This document shows, piece after piece, positions 1-8,803 of a DNA stretch of 31,062 bases (its first letter is position 1; every line of letters begins with the position of its first letter). The DNA is from Candidatus Zixiibacteriota bacterium (GTDB taxonomy: Bacteria > RBG-13-66-14 > B26-G2 > WVWN01), in the NCBI GenBank assembly GCA_050117845.1, contig JASFLY010000031.1, positions 1-31,062 on the forward strand, read 5' to 3'. The notes beneath the pieces are model-generated. The model saw only the letters and a program-made list of their open reading frames with translations. It had not been told where the DNA came from and did no database searches. The translations under genes were made by a program, and so were the position numbers.

Positions 1-7
1 GGTGGTG

Positions 8-844
8 TTAGAATTCCTGGGGGAAGGCGAGGATCTGGTCGTACGAGAAGACGGGGCCGTCCTTACAGACGTAGGTCGAGCCGATGTTGCAGCGGCCGCA
101 CTTGCCGACGCCGCACTTCATCTTCATCTCGAGGGTGGTCCATATCTGGCTCGGCGCGTAGTCCAGTTTCTCCATCAGGCACTTCGCGACGAGCTTTATC
201 ATTATCGGCGGGCCGCAGGTGATGACGACGCGGTTCTTCGGCGAGGGGCGTTCGTCCTCCAGGATCGGGGGTACGAAGGACGTGCGGCCTCGCCAATCCG
301 GGATGGCTTCGCCCGGGCACACCGGGTCGAGCGCCAGGATGACGTCGATGTCGTCGCGGTCCTCGAACTCGACGAGTTCGCGCTCGTAGACGAGTTCGCA
401 TTCCTCGCGCGCCGCGTAGATAAGGCCTATGTCGCCGAAGTCGCCGCGGTTCTCGAGGCAGGTCCAGAGCAGGCCGCGCAGCGGAGCCTGGCCGATGCCG
501 CCGCCTATAAAGAGGAGGTCCTTGCCCTTGAGGTCATCGTACGGGAACCAGTTGCCGTAAGGCCCGCGGAACGTGACGACGTCGCCCTCGTTCAGGTTGT
601 GGAAGGCCCGCGTGACCTTGCCGACCTCCTTCACCGTAATCTCGAGGCCGTCGGTACTCGGCGGCGAGGCGAGGCAGAAGGTGGACTCGCCGGCGCCGTA
701 CAGGCCGAACTCGCCGAACTGGCCGCACTTGAAGTCGGGCCGCGGGACGCCTTCCGGGAAGGCGAGGCGGAAGGTATTCGTCGTCGGCGTTTCCTCGACG
801 ATGCCTGTTACGCGCAGCGGCGTCGGTAAATATAGCTTATCCAT
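8..844 (-). CDS. flxA: FAD/NAD(P)-binding oxidoreductase with [2Fe-2S] cluster (FlxA / AsrB / hydrogenase gamma-like)
   Basis: FNR-like motifs GPYGN, GGGIG, CGPPIM and C-terminal MKCGVGKCGRC...VCKDGP 2Fe-2S motif; last gene of an hdrCBA-flxDCBA gene order. Confidence 0.88.
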   Translation of the reverse strand: MDKLYLPTPLRVTGIVEETPTTNTFRLAFPEGVPRPDFKCGQFGEFGLYGAGESTFCLASPPSTDGLEITVKEVGKVTRAFHNLNEGDVVTFRGPYGNWFPYDDLKGKDLLFIGGGIGQAPLRGLLWTCLENRGDFGDIGLIYAAREECELVYERELVEFEDRDDIDVILALDPVCPGEAIPDWRGRTSFVPPILEDERPSPKNRVVITCGPPIMIKLVAKCLMEKLDYAPSQIWTTLEMKMKCGVGKCGRCNIGSTYVCKDGPVFSYDQILAFPQEF

Positions 845-1895
845 CGGCGGGGCGGCGTCGGCCGCCGGGCGGCGTGTCTACAAGGCCGCCGAAATATTCC
901 ACGAGTTGTTTTATGTTTATTTTAACCGGGCAATGCGTGATACAGCGGCCGCAGCCGGTGCAGAGTACCGGCCCGAATCGTTCCGGGTAGTAGCGAAATT
1001 TGTGCAGCAGTCGCTGGCGATAGCGCTTGTACTGCCGGTCGCGGGGTTGGTGGCCCGCCATAGCCGTGAACGTCCGGCCGGTGCAGTGGTCCCATACGCG
1101 GAGGCGCCGCCCCTCGACCGTGCCGCCCTCGTCCTGGATGTCGAAGCAGTGGCAGGTGGGGCAGAGGTACGTGCACGCGCCGCAGCCGATGCAGGTGCTG
1201 ACGAGCGTTTCCCAGTCCTCGTGCTCGAACGCGGCCTCGAGGCCCGGCCGGGCCGTTTCGAGGAGGGGGTCCTTCTTGGCCGTGCCGGCCTTTTCCCGGA
1301 ACGCTTTTATCTCGGCCTCGGCGTCGCCCTCGGCTTTTTCGAAGACATCCCCGCCGGCTTCGACCAACCGGGCGCCCTTCTCCGTCTGCACTTTTACGAG
1401 GTAGTAGTCGCCCATATTATAAGCGATGGCGTCAATGCTATCTTCCGAGAAGTTTATCCGGTCGCAGAAGCAGTCGCGCTGCAACGCGGAGCAGGCCAGG
1501 GCGAACTGCGTCGTGCGCTCGCGGCGGCCTAGGTACGGGTCGTCCATGAAATCCCACTTGAAGACGTGGTCGACGATGCCGAAGGCCGCCGCGTCGCAGA
1601 CGTTCACGCCGAGAAGTAGCGTTTCCCGCTCGTCTATCTCCGGCGCCTCGGCGGCAACGGCGTCGCCCTCCCCGCGGTAGCGGAGGAGCGTTTCCGTCTG
1701 GGGCAGCGCGGCGGCCTTGGCCGACATTACCGGCTGGTCCTCGACGAACGCGACCTCGTCGTACGATTCGACGCGGCCGTATTCCAGGTTGCCGTTGGCG
1801 TCGCGCCTCTTGGCAACGACGTCGTAACTTTCGCGGGCCCGTTCAAACAGGTCGCGAATGCCCTCCGGCGTGATTTTGTAGTAAGCGGGATCCAT
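837..1895 (-). CDS. flxB: 4Fe-4S dicluster protein (FlxB / AsrA-like)
   Basis: CIGCGACTYLCPTCHCF and CTGCGRCITHCP motifs, RYRQRLLHKF segment typical of AsrA/HydB family; overlaps flxA start. Confidence 0.85.
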   Translation of the reverse strand: MDPAYYKITPEGIRDLFERARESYDVVAKRRDANGNLEYGRVESYDEVAFVEDQPVMSAKAAALPQTETLLRYRGEGDAVAAEAPEIDERETLLLGVNVCDAAAFGIVDHVFKWDFMDDPYLGRRERTTQFALACSALQRDCFCDRINFSEDSIDAIAYNMGDYYLVKVQTEKGARLVEAGGDVFEKAEGDAEAEIKAFREKAGTAKKDPLLETARPGLEAAFEHEDWETLVSTCIGCGACTYLCPTCHCFDIQDEGGTVEGRRLRVWDHCTGRTFTAMAGHQPRDRQYKRYRQRLLHKFRYYPERFGPVLCTGCGRCITHCPVKINIKQLVEYFGGLVDTPPGGRRRPADG

Positions 1896-1907
1896 AGTCG
1901 GGCGGCG

Positions 1908-2792
1908 TTAGAGTATAAAATCCTCCGGGTCGTTCTTATCGTAGTCCACGAGGGCTGGCTTGGCCTCGGCCGACGCGCCGGCGGTGTGGCCGAAGCGCTC
2001 GGCGAAGTCCCGCGTAAGGACGTTGTTCAGCACGTCCACCGGGATTCCTACGGGGCAGACGCGGCTGCATTCCTGGCACTCGATGCAGCGGCCGGCGAGG
2101 TGCCCCGCGCGGATGATGTGGTAATACAAATTGTTGTCCGGCGCGACCGATTTGTCCAGCCATTGCGGCTTGTTGTCCTCGACGAAGCACTGGTGGCAGT
2201 AGCACAGCGGGCAGGCGAGGCGGCAGGCGTAACAGCGGATGCAGAGCGCCATCTGTTCGCGCCACCAGGCCTCCCGCTCCGGCCGGTCCATGGCCTCGAT
2301 TTCCTCGAGGAGCGGCCACCCGGTTGCGGGCGTCGGCGTGCTTACCCGCTCGCCCACGAAGACGTCCGCGTCGGGCGTATTGCGCTCGACGCAGCGGCGG
2401 CACTTCTCCTGCCAGTGCGACTCGTCCAACGCGTCTAGGTCCTCGCCCTCGGCCGGGAGTTTCCGGGGGTCGATCATCGCGGGGCAGGGGACGCCCACGA
2501 CGATTAAGTCCTCCCGGTTAATCTGCCCCTCGCTCGCCAGTACGTTCAGGACGCGGACCTCGCATTGCTTGCACACCAGGCCGACACGCTTCCCGCGGAG
2601 CTCGGGGAGGACGTTCGCGAGGTTGTTGTACGAGCGACGGTCGAAGGTTAAGCGACTCAGGTCGGCGCCCTTCGGGAGAATGGCCGCCACCGTATGGCCG
2701 TAGTCGTCGACGTAACCGACGAAGCAGTCTATGCGGTCCTCGTCGAAGAGCCGTTGCACGGCGGCCTGGAGTTCTTCCTTAATCGTCGCCAT
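1908..2792 (-). CDS. flxC: 4Fe-4S dicluster protein (FlxC / FdhB C-terminal-like)
   Basis: CIRCYACRLACPLCYCHQC and HLAGRCIECQECSRVCP motifs; position between mvhD-like gene and flxB. Confidence 0.82.
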   Translation of the reverse strand: MATIKEELQAAVQRLFDEDRIDCFVGYVDDYGHTVAAILPKGADLSRLTFDRRSYNNLANVLPELRGKRVGLVCKQCEVRVLNVLASEGQINREDLIVVGVPCPAMIDPRKLPAEGEDLDALDESHWQEKCRRCVERNTPDADVFVGERVSTPTPATGWPLLEEIEAMDRPEREAWWREQMALCIRCYACRLACPLCYCHQCFVEDNKPQWLDKSVAPDNNLYYHIIRAGHLAGRCIECQECSRVCPVGIPVDVLNNVLTRDFAERFGHTAGASAEAKPALVDYDKNDPEDFIL

Positions 2793-3261
2793 TTTCCCCG
2801 TAGCGGTAAGGGCCCAGTTCGTGGATTTCCCTGGTCACCGTGGCCACGACGTCGGCCCACTTCCGGCCTTCCGAGGCCGAGACCCACGACACGCGGAAGC
2901 GCCGCGGGTCGATGCCGACGTGGTCGAGCAGCTTTTTGAGGGCGATGAATTTGCGCCGGGCGTAGTAGTTGCCCTCGATGTAGTGGCAGTCGCCGGGGTG
3001 GCAGCCCGACACCAGCACGCCGTCCGCTCCCTCGCGGAAGGCCCGCAGTATCATTAGGGGGTCCACCCGGCCCGAGCAGGGCACGCGGATAACGCGCACG
3101 TTGCACGGGTACGGGACGCGGCTCGTCCCGGCGAGGTCGGCGCCGGCGTACGAGCACCAGTTGCACAGGAAGCCGACGATCCGCGGTTCCCAATCGGGGG
3201 GGCAATTGGAGGGGGTGGGCACGCCGGCCTCGACGTTTTCCGTTCCCGTTTCGCTACTCAC
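2779..3261 (-). CDS. flxD: MvhD-like [2Fe-2S] subunit (FlxD)
   Basis: FLCNWCSYAGAD, RVPCSGRVD, GCHPGDCHY and WVSASE are diagnostic MvhD family motifs; overlaps hdrA stop. Confidence 0.9.
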   Translation of the reverse strand: MSSETGTENVEAGVPTPSNCPPDWEPRIVGFLCNWCSYAGADLAGTSRVPYPCNVRVIRVPCSGRVDPLMILRAFREGADGVLVSGCHPGDCHYIEGNYYARRKFIALKKLLDHVGIDPRRFRVSWVSASEGRKWADVVATVTREIHELGPYRYGENGDD

Positions 3262-5260
3262 CGCGCTCGGCCGCCTTCGTGTATTCCAGATAACCGTGGA
3301 GCTCGGCGTAGACCTGGTCGTCGCTGAAACCCCGCTGGTCGATGCAGTTCCCGGGGCAGGTTGCCACGCACAGGCCGCAGCCCTCGCACTTGCCCTCGTT
3401 TATCCTGGAAACGGCGCGCGTAACGCGCTGGCCGTCGATATTCATCGTAATCTCGGACTTCTCCGGGGCGCCGAACGGGCAGACGTTGACGCAGTTCCAA
3501 CAGCCGGTGCAGATGTACGGGTCGACGACGGCGATGGTCGGCTCCCGCGTAATCTCTTCCTTGGTGAGGAGGCCCAGCGCCTTGGCCGCCGCCGCGGAGC
3601 CCTGCGCCACCGATTCCGGAATATCCTTGGGGGCCTGGCAGCAGCCCGCGAGGAATATCCCGCCGGTGGCGGTATCCACGGGCCGGAGCTTGGGGTGGGC
3701 CTCGTTGAAGAAGCCGTCCTTATCGGTCGAGATGCCCAGCGTACGGGCGAGTTCGGCCGCCCCCTTCGCGGGAATCACCGCCGTCGCGAGGACGACGAGG
3801 TCCGCCGCCACCTCCACCTGCTCGCCGGAGAGCGTGTCCTCGCCCTCGACTATGACCTTGCCGCCTTCGTCGTACGCTCGGGAGACGCGGCCTCGCAGGT
3901 ACTGCGCGCCCTCCTCCACGCACGCCCGCTTCCAGAACTCCTCGTATCCCTTGCCCGCCGCGCGCACGTCGATGTAGAAGGCGTACGCCTCGGCGTCGTG
4001 GATGCGGTGCTTGAGTATTATGGCGTGCTTGGCGTTGTACATGCAGCAGATCTTCGAGCAGTATTCCTTGTAATTCTCGTCGCGCGAGCCGACGCAGTGG
4101 ACGAAGACGACGGTCCGCGGCTCCTCGCCGTTGGAGGGACGGACTATCTTCCCTTCGGTCGGGCCGCTGGCCGAAGACATCCGCTCGAACTGTAGGCCCG
4201 TAATGACGTCCGGAATCGCCCCGTAGCGGAACTCGGCGAAGTCGGCCGGCTCCATCACGTCGTACCCGGTGGCCACGACGATGCCGCCGACCCGGACCTC
4301 CTCGAACTCGTCCTCCTGCTCGAAGTCGATGGCGCCGCGCTGGCAGGTCTTCTCGCAGGCCTTGCACTTCCCGGTCTTGAAGAAGACGCAGTTCTCGCGG
4401 TCGATAACCGGCTTGTTGGGGACGGCCTGCGGGAAGGGGACGTATATCGCCGTGCGGGTGCCGACGCCGTGGTCGAACTCGCTCGGTATCTTTTTATAGG
4501 GGCACTTGCGGAAGCAGTCGCCACAGCCGTTGCACAGCTCGTGGTTGACGTACTTGGCCTTCTTGCGAATGGTGACGGTGAAGTTGCCCACCGCGCCGTC
4601 CACCTTATCGACCTCGCAATAGGTGTACAGCTTTATGAGGGGATGCCGGGCGGCGTCCACCATCTTGGGCGTCAGGATGCATTGCGAGCAGTCGAGGGTG
4701 GGGAAGGTCTCGTCCAATCCCGCCATCTTGCCGCCGATGGAGGGGGACCGTTCGACCAGGATGACTTCCACGCCGCCCTCGGCGATGTCGAGCGCGGCCT
4801 GGATGCCGGCCACGCCGCCGCCGATAACGAGCGCCCGCCGCGTGACCGGGACTTTAACCGGCTCGAGCGGGAGGCTCTGCGCCACCCGGGCCACCATCAT
4901 CTTGACGGCGTCTATCGCCTTGGCGGTCGCCTCGTCCTTGTCCTCGTGTACCCACGAGCAGTGCTCGCGGATGTTGGCCATTTGCAGGCGGTAGGGATTG
5001 ATGCCGGCCTCGGCCGCTACCTGGCGGAAGGTCGGTTCGTGCATCCGGGGCGAGCAGGCCGCGACCACCAGGCCGTCCAGGTCGTGCTCCTTACAGGCCT
5101 CCAGAATCTTCTGCTGGCCGGGGTCGGAGCACATGTATTTGTAGTCCGTGGCGAACTTGACGCCCGGGAAGTGCCGGGCGGCCTCGGCCACGCGCTCCAC
5201 GTCGACGCTGGCGGCGATGTTGGCGCCGCACCAGCAGACGAATACGCCGACGCGGGCCAT
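3254..5260 (-). CDS. hdrA: heterodisulfide reductase subunit A (flavin-based electron-bifurcating subunit)
   Basis: VGVFVCWCG N-terminus, ACSPRMHE, NIREHCSW, GGGVAG FAD motif, TFPTLDCSQC, HCVGSRD..YCSKICC, inserted and C-terminal ferredoxin motifs. Confidence 0.96.
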   Translation of the reverse strand: MARVGVFVCWCGANIAASVDVERVAEAARHFPGVKFATDYKYMCSDPGQQKILEACKEHDLDGLVVAACSPRMHEPTFRQVAAEAGINPYRLQMANIREHCSWVHEDKDEATAKAIDAVKMMVARVAQSLPLEPVKVPVTRRALVIGGGVAGIQAALDIAEGGVEVILVERSPSIGGKMAGLDETFPTLDCSQCILTPKMVDAARHPLIKLYTYCEVDKVDGAVGNFTVTIRKKAKYVNHELCNGCGDCFRKCPYKKIPSEFDHGVGTRTAIYVPFPQAVPNKPVIDRENCVFFKTGKCKACEKTCQRGAIDFEQEDEFEEVRVGGIVVATGYDVMEPADFAEFRYGAIPDVITGLQFERMSSASGPTEGKIVRPSNGEEPRTVVFVHCVGSRDENYKEYCSKICCMYNAKHAIILKHRIHDAEAYAFYIDVRAAGKGYEEFWKRACVEEGAQYLRGRVSRAYDEGGKVIVEGEDTLSGEQVEVAADLVVLATAVIPAKGAAELARTLGISTDKDGFFNEAHPKLRPVDTATGGIFLAGCCQAPKDIPESVAQGSAAAAKALGLLTKEEITREPTIAVVDPYICTGCWNCVNVCPFGAPEKSEITMNIDGQRVTRAVSRINEGKCEGCGLCVATCPGNCIDQRGFSDDQVYAELHGYLEYTKAAERGE

Positions 5261-6153
5261 TAGCCTTCCTCCGCCGGCACGGCCTGGCGGCCGCGCTCGA
5301 TCTTCTGAAGGAGGGGGGAAGTGTCCATCATTATCTTTTTAAAGCCGAGTTCGCTCGCCGGTACGCCCAGCGCCAGGCCCAGAAGCTGCGTGAAGTACAC
5401 CGCCGGGATGCGCTCGCGTACGCCGTAGGTCTTAAGAGAGGCCGGTTGGCGCAGGTCCAGGTTGGATTGGCACATGGGGCAGGCCACGACTATGGCGTCG
5501 GCGCCGGCGCGCACGGCCGAGGCCAGGATCTTCCCGGTCATCTTGTATACGATGTCGGTGCGCGAGAGCGAGAACGCCGCGCCGCAGCAGACCGTCCTGT
5601 GCGGCCAGTCCAGCACCTCGGCGCCGCACAGTTCCATCAGCCGGTCCATCGTCCGCGGCTCTTCCATGTCGTCGAAGGCCGTGACGCGCGCGGGTCGGGT
5701 CAACAAACAGCCGTAGTAGCAAACGACCTTGACGCCGCCGAGGGTGCCGGCGAGCTTGGCCTTGAGTTCGTCCTCGGGGACGTCGTGGGCCAGAACGTCG
5801 AGCAGGTGCCGCACGTCCACGCCCGCGCGGTAGGGGCGGCCCATGGCCTCCTCTACCTCGCCGCGCAGCCGAGCGTCCTCGCGGAGCGTGACGTCGGTGT
5901 AGCGGAGGCGGTTGTAGCACGCCGCGCACGGCGCCACGATGGCGTCTTCGGTCGCGTTCGTGATAGTGTGGGCGGGGAGGGCGTAGGCCAGAAGTTCGTT
6001 CACGGAGTGGGCCGAGGTGGCCCCACAGCACGCCCAGCCGGGGATTTCGACGAGTTCGACGCCGAGGGGCTCGCATACCGCCCGGGCGGACTGGTCGTAC
6101 TCCGCGGCGGTGGAGTGGAGGGTGCAGCCGGGATAGTAGCTAAACTTCGCCAC
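5260..6153 (-). CDS. hdrB: heterodisulfide reductase subunit B (two CCG domains)
   Basis: YYPGC..CCG..CAAC and YYGC..CCG..CPMCQSNL motifs; TAATG stop/start overlap with hdrA. Confidence 0.94.
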   Translation of the reverse strand: MAKFSYYPGCTLHSTAAEYDQSARAVCEPLGVELVEIPGWACCGATSAHSVNELLAYALPAHTITNATEDAIVAPCAACYNRLRYTDVTLREDARLRGEVEEAMGRPYRAGVDVRHLLDVLAHDVPEDELKAKLAGTLGGVKVVCYYGCLLTRPARVTAFDDMEEPRTMDRLMELCGAEVLDWPHRTVCCGAAFSLSRTDIVYKMTGKILASAVRAGADAIVVACPMCQSNLDLRQPASLKTYGVRERIPAVYFTQLLGLALGVPASELGFKKIMMDTSPLLQKIERGRQAVPAEEG

Positions 6154-6709
6154 CCGGCGCCTCCTTCCGACTATATTTTATTATCCGGCGCACGGCCGCG
6201 TTGTCGGCGCCGCGGCCGGGCAGGAGTTTTAGCTTCCCTTTTAATAACATCCCCGGGGCCGCGGTAAAGTCTTTGAAGAAATGGCCGCTCAGGAGGTTGT
6301 TCAGGGCGATCAGGCCGGGTTCGTACAGGCGGCCGAAGATTTCGACCGTCCTCAAGAAGGCCCGGTGGAATACGGGGACGGGCCGCTCGCCGGACGTGAC
6401 GCCGCGCCGGAAAGCGTCGTGGCGCAAGATCTCCATTATCTCTTTGATCTCGACGCCCCGGGGGCAGCGCGACGTACAGGTCTCGCAACTGGAGCATACC
6501 CAGTAGGAATTTTGGGCGAGCGCGCGGTCGTAGAGGCCGAGCTGGAGGAGCCGCACGATGCGGTTGGGCGGCTCCGTCATGGTGTAAGCGGCGGGGCAGC
6601 CCGCGGAGCATTTGCCGCATTGGTAGCACAGGCTCAGCGGGTGGCCGAGCAGCGTTTCCATCCGGCCCAGTGCCGGGTCCCGTTCCAAGATTTCGCCTAA
6701 ACGTATCAC
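6140..6709 (-). CDS. hdrC: heterodisulfide reductase subunit C
   Basis: CYQCGKCSAGCP and WVCSSCETCTSRCP 4Fe-4S motifs; GTG start; first gene of operon. Confidence 0.92.
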   Translation of the reverse strand: MIRLGEILERDPALGRMETLLGHPLSLCYQCGKCSAGCPAAYTMTEPPNRIVRLLQLGLYDRALAQNSYWVCSSCETCTSRCPRGVEIKEIMEILRHDAFRRGVTSGERPVPVFHRAFLRTVEIFGRLYEPGLIALNNLLSGHFFKDFTAAPGMLLKGKLKLLPGRGADNAAVRRIIKYSRKEAPGGEV

Positions 6710-6729
6710 GAAAAGTATCCCGAGCGGGT

Positions 6730-6759
6730 ATTATACTAAAAAAGGCACCCGGAAGTAAA
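6730..6759 (-). promoter_or_regulatory. proximal sigma70-type promoter of hdr-flx operon
   Basis: minus strand TTTACT (6759-6754), 18 nt spacer, TATAAT (6735-6730); ends about 20 nt upstream of hdrC GTG. Confidence 0.5.
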
Positions 6760-6771
6760 GGGGTATAGTAG

Positions 6772-6789
6772 GTGTGATTTATTTCACGC
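6772..6789. promoter_or_regulatory. Rex- or CRP/FNR-family-like operator palindrome
   Basis: GTGTGATTTATTTCACGC contains TGTGA-N6-TCACG; resembles Rex (TTGTGAA-N4-TTCACAA) and CRP (TGTGA-N6-TCACA) consensus. Confidence 0.55.
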
Positions 6790-6826
6790 TTTGGCGGAAA
6801 TCGCCCGCCGAATAAAGCTCGCGGGG

Positions 6827-6855
6827 ATTCTAATAAAAGGCGACGGCGAAGTCAA
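6827..6855 (-). promoter_or_regulatory. distal sigma70-type promoter of hdr-flx operon
   Basis: minus strand TTGACT (6855-6850), 17 nt spacer, TAGAAT (6832-6827). Confidence 0.6.
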
Positions 6856-6919
6856 GCATAATCGACATCTCCGGTAGGGTATGAGTGAAATGGTAAGAAC
6901 CGGCGCTTTTTTAAGGTAC

Positions 6920-6942
6920 GGGCGGCCCCGGGGGGGCCGCCC
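6920..6942. terminator. GC-rich hairpin downstream of the radical SAM gene (possible terminator or stabiliser)
   Basis: GGGCGGCCCC-GGG-GGGGCCGCCC 10-bp stem; no clear U-tract on the minus strand. Confidence 0.35.
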
Positions 6943-7023
6943 ATGTAAACATGAAAGCCGAACGTAGACGCTTATTGTTTTTGTTTTATACGTTACCCGG
7001 CCGGCGCACGGTAGCGTGGGCCG

Positions 7024-8682
7024 CTATGATTGGGCCTGGTCGGTTCCAAGATTGGGGACGGGGTTGCTTATCGGCCCGGCCGGGGCGCGACGCCGGGCGG
7101 CCTTGTCGACGGCGATTATATTCGCTATCCGCTCTTTGATATTGGCGACCGTAAACCGGGACTGCTTGTGGAAGTGGACGTACATCGCAGCCAGGTTAAC
7201 CGTCGCGACGAGCGCCGCCGGCGACGTGAACAGGAAGCGGAAGAACGTCTTCCAATAATAATAGGCCACCCGCGGCGACATGCTTATCCGGTAGTTGATC
7301 TTCACGAACGCCCACGCCATCTTCAACTTGGCGCGGAAGGGAGGGCGGTGCTTGGGATCGAGGCGGAGGTTGGCTCCGGTACGCGCCACCCGGGCGTAGT
7401 AGTTCTTGGGGTCGTAAATATATTCCATGACCCGGGCGTAGTCTCTTAAAACGTCCACGGTGGGGCGGTCCGGTATAAAGTTGAGGCCGCTCGACGTTTG
7501 GTCGTAGTTCTTCTCGGCGTCGACCTCGGAAGAATTTTCGTACAACAGGCGACCTTCCTTCTTGAGCCGCCTGGTCAATTGCGTGTTCGGCAAGGCGTAA
7601 AGCGTTCCGACCATCGCCATGCATATCCCGGCGTCCTGGATGCAGGATATCATGTTCTGGGCGGTGCGTTCGTTCTCGTTGTCGAAGCCGACGATGAAGC
7701 CGGCGTTTACGATCATGCCGTAGGACGATATCTTCTTGATGGCTCCGGCGACCGTGGCGTCTTCTTTAAGGTGCATGGAGGTTTTTTTAAGGATATTTTC
7801 GTCCGGCGTTTCGATGCCGATGAAGACGTACCGGAAGTCGTTGGCCCGCATGAGCGTAAGCAGCTGCTCGTCCTTCGCGAGGTTGAGCGACGCTTCGGTG
7901 GTGAAGTAGAAGGGGTAGTCTCGTTCCTCCTGCCAATCGCGGATAGCGGTCAGCAAAGGAATGGCTTTTCTGCGATTGCCGATGAGGTTGTCGTCGACGA
8001 AGTCGACGTGGCCGCGGTAGCCGAGGTCGTACAGGTACTGCAGTTCGCGGAGTATCTGTTCGGGGTCCTTCGTCCGCGGCCGGCGGCCGAAGAGTTCGAT
8101 TACGTCGCAGAACTCGCAGTTGTACGGGCATCCCCGGCAGAATTGCACGCCGACGTGCATGTAGTTCGAGAACTTTATAAGATCGAAGCGGGGCACGACC
8201 GCGCGGGCCATGTCGGCCCGTTCCTTCGATTGGTATATGGGTTTCGCCTCGCCCCGACGGAGGTCTTCCAGGAAGGGGGGGAGCGTGACTTCGCCCTCGC
8301 CCAAAACGCGGTAATCCGCGTTCTTGTACATCTCCGGTTGGGAGGTGGGGTCCGGGCCGCCGACGGCGACGGGTTTGCCCCACTCGTGGGCCCGGGCAAT
8401 TACGGCTTGGAGAGTTTTTTGTTGGGGGAGCATGCCGCTGGCCATGACTATATCCGCGGCCGCTATGTCCTCGTCGGTTAAGGGCTCGACGTTTTCGTCA
8501 ATTAACTTCAGGTCCCAATGTTCGGGCAGGAGCGCCGCGACGGTCATAAGGCCCAGCGGCGCGGCCGAGTACTTCGCACCTACGAACTTACAAACGTCGA
8601 GGTAATTCCAGAAACTGTGGCCCGAAAATTTGGGTTGAACCAGAAGGCATTTCGTCGGGCCGTCGACAAGGTTGGTTGGCAA
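7024..8682 (-). CDS. cobalamin-binding radical SAM protein with DUF4070-like C-terminus (class B methyltransferase-like)
   Basis: N-terminal PLGLMTVAALLP..VGGP..GEGE B12-binding domain; RGCPYNCEFC CxxxCxxC; FVDDN, TEAS, FIGIET, GFIVGFD; TTG start approximate. Confidence 0.88.
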   Translation of the reverse strand: MPTNLVDGPTKCLLVQPKFSGHSFWNYLDVCKFVGAKYSAAPLGLMTVAALLPEHWDLKLIDENVEPLTDEDIAAADIVMASGMLPQQKTLQAVIARAHEWGKPVAVGGPDPTSQPEMYKNADYRVLGEGEVTLPPFLEDLRRGEAKPIYQSKERADMARAVVPRFDLIKFSNYMHVGVQFCRGCPYNCEFCDVIELFGRRPRTKDPEQILRELQYLYDLGYRGHVDFVDDNLIGNRRKAIPLLTAIRDWQEERDYPFYFTTEASLNLAKDEQLLTLMRANDFRYVFIGIETPDENILKKTSMHLKEDATVAGAIKKISSYGMIVNAGFIVGFDNENERTAQNMISCIQDAGICMAMVGTLYALPNTQLTRRLKKEGRLLYENSSEVDAEKNYDQTSSGLNFIPDRPTVDVLRDYARVMEYIYDPKNYYARVARTGANLRLDPKHRPPFRAKLKMAWAFVKINYRISMSPRVAYYYWKTFFRFLFTSPAALVATVNLAAMYVHFHKQSRFTVANIKERIANIIAVDKAARRRAPAGPISNPVPNLGTDQAQS

Positions 8683-8803
8683 TAGAGTTCTCCCGGAGAA
8701 GGGAAGAAACCGTACGTTAAGGGATATAAACGCGGGCGACCATCGGGACCCTCCCGGCCCGCGAGCGAATAATGTACATTATACTATTAAACGACGCCGA
8801 TTG

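Noticed and set aside
2779..5260. Possible selenocysteine in HdrA or MvhD-like subunits
   Set aside because: Both frames are uninterrupted and the relevant positions are Cys; no in-frame TGA
6951..7139. 62-aa plus-strand ORF in the hdrC upstream region
   Set aside because: No RBS, overlaps the radical SAM 3' end antisense, and has no protein-like features
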